Assembly: GCA_965153455.1 (NCBI GenBank)
Contig: OZ234493.1
Coordinates: forward strand, 3,968,001-4,032,000
Reading direction: 5' to 3'
DNA: 64,000 nucleotides
Origin: Sphagnum compactum
Lineage: Eukaryota
Part shown: positions 38,233 through 50,989 of the stretch, piece after piece
Position numbering within the stretch: position 1 is the stretch's first letter
Layout: each line of letters begins with the position of its first letter
The notes under the pieces: model-generated
Told to the model about the DNA's origin: nothing
Databases searched by the model: none
What the model saw: only the letters and a program-made list of their open reading frames with translations
Translations under genes and position numbers: made by a program

Positions 38233-41138
38233 GTTTTCCCACCAATTTTGGTGGTAAACTGAGTTTCATCCTGTGTTTCCTTTTTCCTGATCGCCTGCAC
38301 TGCAGCTACATATATTTTCACTGCTCTTACCTGTACAACTACTATAATTAGTTTCAAACCTTGTGCATTAAATGCTGAGTTTCAGCATTTCATACCCAGA
38401 TTTAATAAAATTTCCTTCCTTTGCTGATACCACCGAAAGAGGGGGGCGAAAGTAGAGGAGAACGGGGGTGAAACAAGGGGTGACTTTACAGATTAACTCT
38501 ATTGTGATGATGAAATTGTAAGGAGAGGATTTTTTTTTGCTTGCAACACCTACATCAAGAACAAACACAAAACTGATAGTGTGCTTCAAATGCATGTTAA
38601 TGCATGGGACAATTTGTATTTCATGGGTGTGATCACAATCAAATGAGTCCAAAATTGTGTCAAATCCTAATGAACATTTGTAAATTTTGTACATATGTTT
38701 ATGCATTGCCATATGAAAATCATGGTAATCATGTGAAGCAGCGTTTTTTTTTTTTGGCACAATTTTGCCAAAATGTGAGAAATAAATTTTTTAAAAGAAT
38801 ATTTTGTGATAGATTCCTTAAAATTTTGGAAAAGATTGCCACAAAAAAAAGGTTTTGAACTAGTTTTGCCAGATTTAAAAGCCATCTTCTTGTGGGTCGC
38901 CAAATAAAAGAAAGAATACAAAAAAATTCTACCACCTTGCCTGTCCTATTGCCATTAATGTTAAATCTTTCTTGGGATGCTAACCAATGGTGCTACATGA
39001 GAAAATTGAAAAAAAATTCACTAATGGGGAGTTGTGTTAATTTTCCTAACATGACAGTTAAATTATAATTTTAAATTTACGTTTTTATTTTAATTAAAAA
39101 ATTTTGAACTTAAATAATAACTTTGTTAAATAATAATTTTTTGCAAAGGATTAAATTAAGGACTCTTTAATGATTAAAAAATTATAAAATTTTGAGATGA
39201 TAATAGTTTATTATGCACATTCAAAAAAATCAAAATTTAAAATATATGAAATTATTATTTTAAATTAAAAATATTTTAAAATCTCAAAATTTCAAAACTA
39301 TTCTATTGCATGCAAATGGGGATAATGTACATGACATATAAAACAAAATTATAAATTATAATACTAAAAAATGAATCTTAGAATTATTAACATCTTTTTA
39401 TATGATTATAAATTCTAACTATTATATGGGGAAAGATCATTATAAAAGGATTTGCAATTATTTTTTAATAACATTGTTAGCTTGTTTGAGTGTGATTGAA
39501 TGCACTTTCATCACAATACACATTCAAAATCATCATTAGGTAATCATTTCATGCACAATTCACATAATAGGTTATAACCCTAACCTTAGAAAAAAAAAGT
39601 TTTAGGTAAGAAAATGTATGCAAAGTTTTTCATTATTGTCAATTTTCCAGTTCCTCCAACCTATGACAAAAGCAAAAGTTGGTGCAAGGGGTTGCCATGT
39701 AATTTTACACTATTTAAACACATTGCAAAACCAAGTTTTAGGGCAAGTAATCAATGATAATGTCAAATCTAAAAAAATTGACATTACAAGCAATTGATTT
39801 AAGAAAAAATGGCATTTAATGACAATAATTTAATTATTGATGGAATGATAAAGGTAACACAATTTGGTCAAAATCCAAATATTAGTGGACAAATAGATTG
39901 AAAATGTGACTAGAATTCCAAAATTGAATTGGTGCATTGTAACAATTAGGCTTGCATTTTGGCCTCAAGTAAACATTGGTAACTTTTAATGTAGGGGTCT
40001 TCACCAATGTTGAAAACAAGAGTGCATGATCAAAGATATTACACATGTGTACATTTGATGAATGTGTGTGTGCATAGAAAGGGGGAAGTTTATGTGCATG
40101 ACATCAACAAATCAGGGCATTGTAATAAAATCATGTAATAATACATATTAGTGTGGCACGTGCCACTAGCCCAAGTGGAGGTATATTGCTCCAAATGTAA
40201 ACATAGCCTTATGATAAAACTCCATTTTTTAAAAAACAATTGTAAAATTTTAATTAATTTCTAGTGATTATAACGATTCAATATCTCCACTACCTTATAA
40301 CATCTTTAGTGATGCTAATATGTGACCTTGCATAGGAAAATTGGGTGAAGAACAGTCAAAATATATTAGGGTAAAATGACCCATGAGTGATTGTTTAAAC
40401 GCTTGAAACAAACTACATCCAAGGGGAGGGCTCTGTTGTTTTTGGTCTTTAAAAAAACTTGAACCCCTTTTATTGACACATTTGGTGCATTAAAAATCAT
40501 CAAGACATTAAAATTGAAAAAGTTACGGCCCCCAAAAGTAGAGGGGGTCAATAACTCAAAAAAACAAACCATTGAACAATATAAAGCCCATTCCCAATCA
40601 CCCAAAAAATTCCTTGTATATTGTTCTCTTGCTATTATAGTTCAAAGACGATTTGTAGAACTGAAGATGGCGCTCTTATAACACTTTAAATCATTTTAAA
40701 TGGACAAGAAATGAGAAAGTTAGAAGCTTTGAAAGTAGGAGGGGTCCAAAGAGAAGGGAAAAAAAAAAAAAACGTGTTTTGTGAGTTGGAAAGATTTTAT
40801 TTTTCTTGTTTTATTTTTCTATTATTCCTTTTCATTTGGACTTCAAAGATGATTTTTAAAGCTTGAAGTAGCACTGCCATAACATTTTAAATCACTCAAA
40901 ATGAAACACAGATGATGAAGATTTAAGAAAATGATTGGTGATAAGGTAGTGATCAGTGATGGGTAGTTCTATTTTAGTTTGGTTCAAGAAAATGGTTTTG
41001 GTTCAACATAATTGCACGGTTTGTAGGAGTTGGTAAAATGCACAACAAAGTTGTGCACCTATAGAAATATGATTGGACTATTATTCAATATTTCTAATTG
41101 GTCAATCATAATGATTGGTCTAAGTGGTTTGTTATTAA

Positions 41139-44100
41139 AGAAAGTTTTAATCCATGAGTGATGATGGGAGGTTTCAATAGGTATAAGCTTTAAACTAATC
41201 GGATGTTCATGTCTAGATTGAGAGAAAAAGCCGAAAGATAGGGAGCCGGCTTGTGCAATTATCATCCTAAAAACATTTATTTCATGAATTAGTAAAATAA
41301 TTTACTATAGCACGTTCATTGCAAGGTGCACATTGACCTTGATCAAGAGGTTTGAAGGTTTGAAGGCAATAGTGATGGATGTCGGGCAGTAGTAATAGCC
41401 ACCATGGCATTGTTGAGTTTTGTTGTTTGACCACAATGCGCACTAGTAAAGAAAAGGAACTTGGGGAGGAATAGTAGCAATAACTCCTAAGCTACAAGAG
41501 AATCAAAATTCTTGTTTTTGGCAATGGTGAAGCAATTGCAGCTATGTGGCGGGCCTTAACAACCTTTTTACAACATTTGGAACTCCTACAACTATTTTTT
41601 CAGATAGTCTTTATTGTTGCGCTTCTATAACGACTGGGCCCACCATCGCCGACGAGCTTCTATAATAGCAAGAATTTTTTTTTGGGGGGGGGGTTGCTTG
41701 GGCTTTTGTTTCTTAGGGGTTTTGGGTGTAGCCTTTTTTTTGGATGATTCCCTCTTTACATCCCTTGTCTATTCGAAACACCCCTTGTCCTCATTATTCT
41801 GGCATTTACATTTTAGATGGCCTCTCGAAGCATGTCAAGAGTCCTCACCTTCCTATTAACCTCGTTTCCCAGGCTAGCCAGGTTGTTTTATCTTTGCAAG
41901 TGTCCTCCCCCCTGTGTTTCTCCCCGGTTCTATTCCTCTTACTTCTTGGGGTTGACTTTAAGCTTAGTTTAGTTTCGTTATGGGGTTTTTTGAGTTTCGT
42001 TTTGCATGCCTCATTTGTTTCATAGGGTCCCTCAAGCCATTTATGACAAAATTAGGCAAGTTTTTCGCTCACCTTTTAGCGGAATTGTTCAAGACTTGAT
42101 GGATGAGTTAACATGGTTCCTTTTTCTCATGTTGCCATGTTGGTATTTGCGCTCTACTCGAGGAGGTTGTTCAAGTAAACTTTCAAGTAAACGAAAGGTT
42201 ACTACTTGCCTCAAAAGGTTTATGGGGAGTGACTGGTCTTCTCTTTAGGAGGAGTCTTCATGTGCTTCATGTGCACCCCGTTTTCACCATTCATGGGAAG
42301 ATTTTTTGTCCACTTGTTTTTGCTAATGCCTAATTTTAGGGAGAGTTGGTGAATATAGTCACACTGCCAGAACCCTTTAGCCCATGATGCTAGTTATTCT
42401 TTCGAAGGACACCGTTGTTGCTTTGCACCAACTACACCCGCACTCCTTTAAACCTTGTCCTTCCACCTTTTTTAAACTATTAGCTTGAACACATTTTTGT
42501 TTTGGATAAGACCTTGTTTGCCCAAACCTTAACCATTACTCCCCATTCATCTTCGGGTGGGTTTTTTGGGATGGTATATGAGCATCTTTTGAGACTTTAC
42601 ATACTAGAGGACCCATCCTCGTGGTTTTTAAAATTATTCCAGGTTATTGTTATTGTTGTTCGTGGGGATATCCTTAGGTTGGTGGCCCTAATGTTGGGGG
42701 CTAACAAATTGTTGGTAATGGTAAAAAACACTGGTGGTTTTCATCCTATTGCCATAGGCGAGGTGTTTTTTCAACTTATTAATTGTTCCATTGTCTTACA
42801 CCTTTAGGGGCCAATTTAGGAACGCCTATCCCCCCATCAATTTGGAGTATTGATCCTTGGAGGTTGTGAAGCCATCTTTTTTGGCATTTGAACCCTGCTC
42901 AACCTACACCATAATTGGGTCGTGATGCAGGTCAACGTCAAAAACACTTTTAATAATGTTTTTCGAACGCCTATTGTTAGAAAATTATGTGATGTCGGGG
43001 GGCCTTTGGTGAGCATTGTCCTTTTTACCAGGTTGTTTTATGGTGTTCATTATTTCTTTTACTTCCAACATGGGTGGCATGTGGAAGGGGTCATCATTAT
43101 TAAGTCATCTTCAGGCACAAGGCAAGGTGACCCCCTAGGAGGTCCTTTCTTTGTTTTGGCCCATTATCGAATTCTTTTAGAGACCATTGCGTGGGCCTTT
43201 AGCTATGTCTTTCCATCCCTAGCGGATGGTACCCTCATCATGGGGCCTATGAATGAGATTACATGCGCCTTTGACCACCTTTCGACCCAATTAGCCCTAG
43301 TTGGGTTTAGGGTCAAGGTGTCAAAATAGAAGTTTTGGAGTCCATCAGGGATTTATCTAAACATAGAAATTCCTCAAGGTTGCATTTTGGTCACATATGG
43401 CTTATGCATTTTAGGTGTGCTAGTGGGTTTTCAAGACTTTGTCACGCATTTTTTAGATGAGGCTTTATCTTAAGATGTGACGCATATCGATGATTTTCCT
43501 CTCCTATGAGACTCCATGTTGTTTTGGGCATTTTGAGCTCATGTGTAGTTTGTTGACCTTCTTATTTCACACGGACAATACCTCCTTCTTTTTCCTTTTG
43601 GTCTCTTTTGGCGGGTTTTGACAAGAAAGTTATGCAAGTATGTGGGGACATTATGGGTCTAAGATCATGGGAGTTTTTTAAAGGCCCCTTAACGAGGCGT
43701 CAATCTCGACTTCTAATATCTTTTGGTGGTATAAACCTTTTTGTATGGAAGATTGTGCCCCATCTAATTTTCTAAGGAATTGGGCTTTAATGGTTTTGTA
43801 TGTGTTCTAGGTTTCATATTTTCAATAGACCCATTTTGGAGGAGTATGTTTCTCAAGTTGAAGGGGGCCCACATATGCTTCAATCATGCTTACATGCAAC
43901 GTGAGATGGCCTTCTTCCTACAGCTAGGGAGATGCACCTTTTTTTTGAGAATCTGGTAGTTACCAGCGTTTTAAGTCTACAAGCATTTTTTATGGACATC
44001 CACCATGACACATCCTTTAGGTCTATCATGGAGGATGATTCCATTTCCTTAGCATCCAGAACCTACATTCATTCTTGTTCAGACAAGGGGGTAAAGCTAT

Positions 44101-45003
44101 GGTTGGTTGCCAAGCCATCTATCTGTTCATTTCGCATTGCACACTTTATTTTCACCTCAATGTTGTGTTTTCGTTTCAATTTGGTTTAACCCTCGATGTT
44201 TTATTTTTTTCGCGTGTGAATGTGGACACAAGTTGGACACATTTGGCACACACTTAGCTTGTTGCCTGTTTGGAAGTTAGCGGATAATCACACATGATGC
44301 CATCCGAGACGTTATGTATGCCCTCACTCAATAAAGTGGGCACGTTGTATGGAAAAAACGGTGGTACACCCTTTCATCATGAATTTCATTACAAGCCAAT
44401 TTCTACATGACCCGAAAATACCAGGTCTTCATTGCTGATGTGGTGGTTATTGACCTGATGTGGGAGACGATGGCTTTGAATGTCATTAGTCAACCAACAT
44501 GTGTAACTACGAAACTTAATGCTATAGCTAAGATTCGCAAGTATAAAAGGCTTCATGAGGGGCACCACTTTATTCCGATGGCCTTGGAGGTGCACAACAC
44601 ACCCAGGTGTGATATGGGTCGTTTCATTAGGGAATGTGCTCGTCTTTTCCATGATAAACAATCAGGAGGTCATTTATCCTTGTCTTTTTGCATTCAATTT
44701 TCCAGGCAATGTGTTAGTATTGTTTTTCAGTGTGTTTTAGCCTTTGTTATAGAGAGGAAGATTGTGTTGGCGAGCGATGTTTGTTCTAAACCTCCCATTA
44801 CTATTAAATCTCACAATTTGCATACAAGCAACATTAGAAGGGTTGTGGGTGAGATAGTTTCTTACCATGAGAGGGACTAGCTCTCTCCCTTTTTTTGGTT
44901 CCTACGGGCTATACATCTTTTGGCCTTTCTTTGGCCTTCCCTTTTTGTCTCCCCTGTGATGCTTCTGGCCATTGATCTTTTTTTCGATTTTTGTGAATTC
45001 CAA
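41139..45003 (+). mobile_element. Decayed non-LTR retrotransposon with RT and restriction-like endonuclease (CRE/SLACS-like), 12-bp TSD
   Basis: Broken ORF motifs GGFHPIAIGEVF, QFGV..GGCEAI, QVNVKNTFNNV, SSGTRQGDPLGGPFF, degenerate YxDD (SLADG), CECGH..D..G.HL..C with HDAIRD, then ADVVV...IRKY...HFIPMALEV. TSD gtttgttattaa at 41127-41138 and 45004-45015. Confidence 0.88.
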
Positions 45004-47539
45004 GTTTGTTATTAATAATCCCTAACCTATTTGCAATCTTAGTTTTGGTTTTATGGGTGGGGTTGCACAATAAATAAATAATTAAACTTGGATGTGAAAA
45101 ATATTTTCCCAAGGCCACATCCTGAGCACCATTTGGAATGTTTTTAGGTCTAAACATTATTAAATTTTCTTCCAAGAAATCTCATTCATCAAAGGCTTTT
45201 TAATAATACCAAAAGTTTCCCCCAATTTCCTTGAATTTTTAAAAATTTTGTTGATTTTATTTGAATTTTGCTTCATAAATCTAAACACCAACAAACTATC
45301 TTAATGCATGCCTACTCATCAAGGGCTTTCCAAGGATATTAAGGAAAGGGGGCACGGGGGTGGGGAACTATGGCTTTGGAAACCTTAACAAAACAAACTA
45401 CCTTCTTTAATAAATAGATTTGTTCGTTCGAGTAATGGTGGAGGGGTGCAAACCCTAGTTCACACATCTCATAAGACTTGAACAATGGGAATATGAGGAT
45501 TTGGACATCCATTACCATATGGAGATTTAATTCCTTGGGTGAACCCACACCTACATTAGTACCATGGTAAAAACCCCCAATTTGTATGGGTTTTTTAAAA
45601 CATTATCATCATCGCATCCTTAGATTAAATCAAGGTCTTTAAGTCCAAATTCAACACATCCTTTAATACTTAGCTTTAAAAGGATTTATTCAAAAAGGTG
45701 ATGGTCTAATGATCCACCTTAACCAAGACCAAATCATGATTTGAAAAAGAAGGGACAAAAGAAAATCAAATGGATCTTCAACATTCATTCATCTAGAATG
45801 AACTAGCACCCATTACTGGACCATGCATGATGGATGGCGTGTGGAAAAAAAAGACCTTTTGATTGTATTCCTTTCCCAAAACTAACCATTGTGGTTAGTT
45901 ATGAATTAACCATACATATGTTTGTACCTATTTAATAGTCACCAAGTGCTTTACCTACTTATCCATGTACATAATAACCATCTTACACTCCCTATATACT
46001 TATGATACTTAAGGTTTTATAGCACGTAAAGATAAAACCTATTTAAAAAATTTCATTAACATTTAATTTATGTGTGGTAATTTTTTAATATTCAAAACTT
46101 ATTGTTTTTTTTGCCATAAAAACCAACTTATCACTAACTTTTTTAAAAATTCACATGTATTTGCTAAAGGTATGCAACATCTTGTAACAACACTACCATT
46201 ACACCCCATATTCCCAATAGTACATTGTCATGATTAGGGGTAATGCACTTCTCCTTTCCTTGTTCATTTAATTTCTTGACATTCACAATATCTCTTTCTA
46301 CTTTCCAATCTTCATTTTCATTTCTTTGCAAAGCTTGATAGATGTTTGTTGAACAAAGTTTTTTGTTTGTTTTTTTGTTCATTAGTCATTGCAAAGGAAA
46401 GAAATAGACATCATTGTTTTTTGTTAGTTACAACTTTTCATCATCCTTTATTGCATTTTTTATTTAGTAGTCATTGCAAAGGAAAGAAATGCACATCATT
46501 ATTTTTTGTTTGCTATAACATTTCAATGTCTTCTATTGTAACTTTTTTATTTTGGTTCATTAATCATCACAAAGGAGAGAACTCACATCATTGTTTCCTA
46601 TTTTATGCAATAATTTCTTCTATTGCATCAACTAATTTCTTCCACCTAATTGCTTTTTTTTTTTTTTGTGATTGTTGTTGCAATGGTTGTTAGTGCAAGA
46701 AATACATTGTTTACAATTATTATAGTGTTTCTAATACATATTATTTTGAACTTGTTGGAGATGTGAAAATCACATGACGTAAATCTTTAATTTCTTGTAA
46801 GTGTTTATGAACATTGTGGTATTACATTAGATTAAAGTGGGGTGTGAATTTGTTTTTTCGGGCCTGATCTTCAATACTATGTATACAGTTTGAAAATAAA
46901 TTGCAACATAAAAGTGTATTATTTTTTTTAAAGATTATGTAAATGTGTTAAAACTTACTTCATGTTCAAATATATGATCAAATATTTACAAATTACGTCT
47001 TTTCACAAAGTGTATTTTAAGATTTGATTTTTAAAATTTCAATTTAAACATTATTTTAATTTACTTTCACCTACTTTAAAAGAATTGACATTATAAAAAA
47101 TAAACTTCAACCCACTTGCATTTCATAATAACCCACTTGATTATTTATTTATTAGAAAAAATGTTATTATATAAGATTGAAAATCTTGTGAATTTTAATC
47201 TTCTAATTCAATCAAATTACATGTCTAACAATTTTATCATATGTTTTGTGATACTTTTGAATGAAAAAAATACATTAACTAGCCCACTTGACCATGCTTT
47301 CACCTCCCGCAACATCAAAAAATGTGTGCTTGGTCATCTAAAATGATGAATACATCTTTCATCTCCACAAGTAGCAAATAAAAAGTGAAAAAATCACATA
47401 ATGGATCATGGTTAGGTTTACATTCTTATGAAGTTAATAAAAGTATATGTAATGTTCAAAATATTGTAATAGGAGGAGTTTTTGAACTATTTTCATGCTA
47501 ACATGTGAATTGAGATGATTTTAACAATTAAAAATTATT

Positions 47540-48200
47540 ATTTTTCATTCAAAACTATTAATCATCCAAGCAATTAACATGATGTTCAAAACTCTCATCA
47601 CTTGGCTGTCTGGAAACAAGATGTTGATTGGTATGAGGAAGTTCAAAGACTTGTGTGGTCTACTTAATGTCCATGGTGTAATCAATGGGACTCATGTTGT
47701 CATAATCAAGCCTTTTGAACCTTTTGCAAAAGATTATTTTTACTACAAAAGTGGTGGTTACAATGTTTTTGCTCAAGTTGTGGTGAATAATAACAAACAA
47801 TTTATCGATTTTGTTTGTGAAGCTCCTTGATTTAGTGAATGACTCACATGTGTTTTAAAAATTTGGTCACTACAATAGAACAATCTACTAGGATTTGTTG
47901 CATCTTGATCAAGGTTGCCAAAAAGGATTGCCGCTTTACATCTTGGGTGAAGGGTTATCCCTTGTTGAATTGGATTATGGTTTCTCACAAAGAAAGGGAA
48001 CACACAATTCTTGAAGTACTTTACAATAGAAAGTGTAACCGAGGCATTCAATGGTTGAGAATGCCAAAAGCGTTTTGAAACGAATGTTTCATGAATTGCT
48101 AGGTAAGATAAAGTTGCACATTATTTTTGTGCTTGGCACAGTGACTTGATGTGCTTTACTACACAATCCATTCATTGCTAGAAAGGAAATAAACATGGAC
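47540..48200 (+). pseudogene. PIF/Harbinger DDE transposase remnant
   Basis: FKDLCGLLNVHGVINGTHVVI...DYFYYKSGGYNVFAQVVV...FIDF and KGYPLLNWIMV match the GAIDGTH, Y..K..S...Q.V.D and GYPL...L..P motifs, interrupted by stops and frameshifts. Confidence 0.85.
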
Positions 48201-48499
48201 AAGATCATGAACACTTTGGCAAAAAAACAAAAGTTGAGCAACTATGAAGAATTGTTGAATGTCCTCCACATTGATAGAAGCAAAGAAATCAAGAGTCATC
48301 TAATCTAATGCACATGTCAATTGAAGGCTAGGAGGTGAGTGGGGAACATATGAGAATGTAGTTTGAAAATTTTCCTTGGGAGGCAATGTAATGTTTTTTG
48401 ATAAGGTACATCAAATGTTGTAATGTATTTGAATCATGCCACAAAAGTTTTTGAACCCTAAAATTTGACAAGTAAGGATATGATTGTATGCTTTCTATT

Positions 48500-49330
48500 T
48501 TTGAAATCTACCTATTCATCATCACATGTGCATTGTCATTATCTATGGGTTTAGGAGCAAGATTGGCATTGTTGTTGGACATTGTTGCATCAAGTTTTAC
48601 AAAAGCCATGTCCATGACCTATCTTAGGCCAAAGACGGCTTTGCACCAAGCTCCTTGGAGTCAAATTTGTTTAGTGATCTTGTTGCTTGTAATACAGGCC
48701 AGTTACTTGTCATTCACAGCTTCCTGAAATTTGGCACATTTCTTCTCAATTCCCAAATTGCGTATGCAAATTTTGTCAAGGGAGTCAACAAACATTCTAT
48801 TGCCTTTTTCCATCACTTCCATGATACTCTTATTCATTGACGAAGATTGTTTTTTCACCCTGATACTACCAATTGCTTGTTGCTTGCCTGACTTGGAGAT
48901 AACTTGGACTGACGAATCCGAATTTGTAAAGACTATTTGGCACAAAGCATCTACCATTGCATCCTGGAATCTCTCAATTCAAATTGGATGACTTAGTGGA
49001 GATAAGATAGCTTGGGTTATCTTGTCCACATATGTCAAATCCCAATATGGTTCATTGTGACCAGTGTCCTACATATAATTGTGGATACATTTGAAATGAC
49101 CAGAGTTGGAACCCCATTTGTCTTTGTGGGCCGGCCCAATGTGTGGGTTTAGTGAGTTTCCATCATGTGTCACAACTTCTGCAATCTTCCACCATTTGAC
49201 TATTGCTGTTTCAAACTATTCTTGAGGATCTATGAGTTTGAGGCTTGCAAGAAACTGATTACACTTCACTTTGATCAATGACATGATCTCGGCATGTTCC
49301 CAATTTGGTTATTGGGCTTTCCTGGATTGC
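48500..49330 (-). pseudogene. Harbinger-associated Myb/SANT (trihelix) ORF remnant
   Basis: The minus strand reads PNWEHAEIMSLIKVK...KWWKIAEVV...KDKWGSNSGHFKCIHNYM*...PYWDLT, a trihelix Trp pattern with stops. It is convergent with the transposase. Possible terminus tagtgtttgggcc|tta at 49901-49916. Confidence 0.8.
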
Positions 49331-50989
49331 ATTTCAAACAATTCTGAATGTTGCTAGTTCTCATCTGAGATGAGTTTTCTCTTTCCTTTCTCCCTTGCCC
49401 CTTGATCTTGCCCTCTTGATGCATTGATTCTTGTACTTGCAGATTTCTTTGTGGTTTTCACAAATTTCAAGAATTGACAAATATAAATCGAAGGATGTTG
49501 AATTGACAAATGCAATTGAGCGCTGTGTTTGCATTAGCATTTTATTGTGTAGCTGCATCAATTTCAAGTGGGGTGTAGAATTTTGTGCAGCTTGTCAACA
49601 CAGATCCTGTAGAGCAAGAGCAATGATGTGCAACACATGTAGTCTGCAAGAAGTTGCAAATGTTGAATGTAAAGTGTGTAGTGTCGAACACAAAGTGAAA
49701 ATCAAATGTAGAGCAAGCAAAGTGCAAATAAACCTGAGTGAGAGCTGAAAGGACGAGTGAAGTGCAAAGTTTGGAAGCATTGTGTGGAGTGCAAGTACAG
49801 GGAGGATGGAGGGAAACAAATGCTCCATAACATGAAGTTGTATGGACAAAATTCATCATGGCAGTTTTATCATTAGGAAATCAATGTAAAACATTAACAT
49901 TAGTGTTTGGGCCTTAACATGCAGTGTTACCATCAAGATTACAACTTTGAATCCAGTTTAGATTTAGTGTTAGTTACTATTTCTGGTCTAAATGCAGTGT
50001 GAGAATTGTTTTACATAACATGGACATGCCCAAAGGTGTGGCCAGAGTTTAGCCATTGCTTTAGTTAACAGGGGGAATGGCAAGTGTTTACAGGATAGTT
50101 TAGTAATGGACAAACAAATCGTCGTAGGTTGCCTGATAGGTGAACAAAGCTCAGTAAAGGTAGCACATCTCTCTACAACAGATTGCTCCCTATCCACTCC
50201 TCTTGCTATTGAACACGGTAAATCCAGAAATCATCCCACATCAGTCTGCTCCTTAATTAGACTTACTTGGAAAGCCCACTTCATCCTGCCCATGAAGAAC
50301 AGCAACAAAATGCAAGACACAACAGTAGTTCTACCTGCTTTCCATTTCCTCATAATCTTGGGCTTTGGACAAGGTGACATGCTTTCCAAGAATGAGTAAT
50401 CACTTGTGCTATTGGCTTGAAATACACACAAACTATAGACTTACCTTTCAGGTTACTTCTGGCTGTGTAAGACTCACAGGATCCAAGAATCTTCAACCAG
50501 ATATGGATGGCATGGTACACTGGAGGCCCCAGAGACCCAAAAAAGTACAGTTTTGTGAGGTATACTACTTGACATAACCTTCCATACCCACTTTGACAAG
50601 TCCGTTGTCATAAGAATGCTGTAAGGATAAATGGCTGAGGAAAATGACATTAACATTTCACATCCTTGAATGGTCTGTTCTTTACAATGCATGACTAACA
50701 GGAGTGTCAATGAAAGTCACTTATCTGAATGTCTGAACCCATGGCAAGTGTCTTTGAGGACTTGAGTACAGAAAGAGACCGCAACCTTACAAAATCACAC
50801 TTCAAAAACTGGAAATAGAGCTGCCATGAATTCTTTGTATACACTGACAAAATTTGGGAGAAGAATTGAGGAGCTTTCACTGCAGGAGGATAAGCTCAGA
50901 GTCTCCATCTGGCTGAAGACAGGGTGCCCACCACGATTAGGAAAAAGTCTCAGCTTTGTACAAAACTAGAATGCGAGCAAAAAGATATA

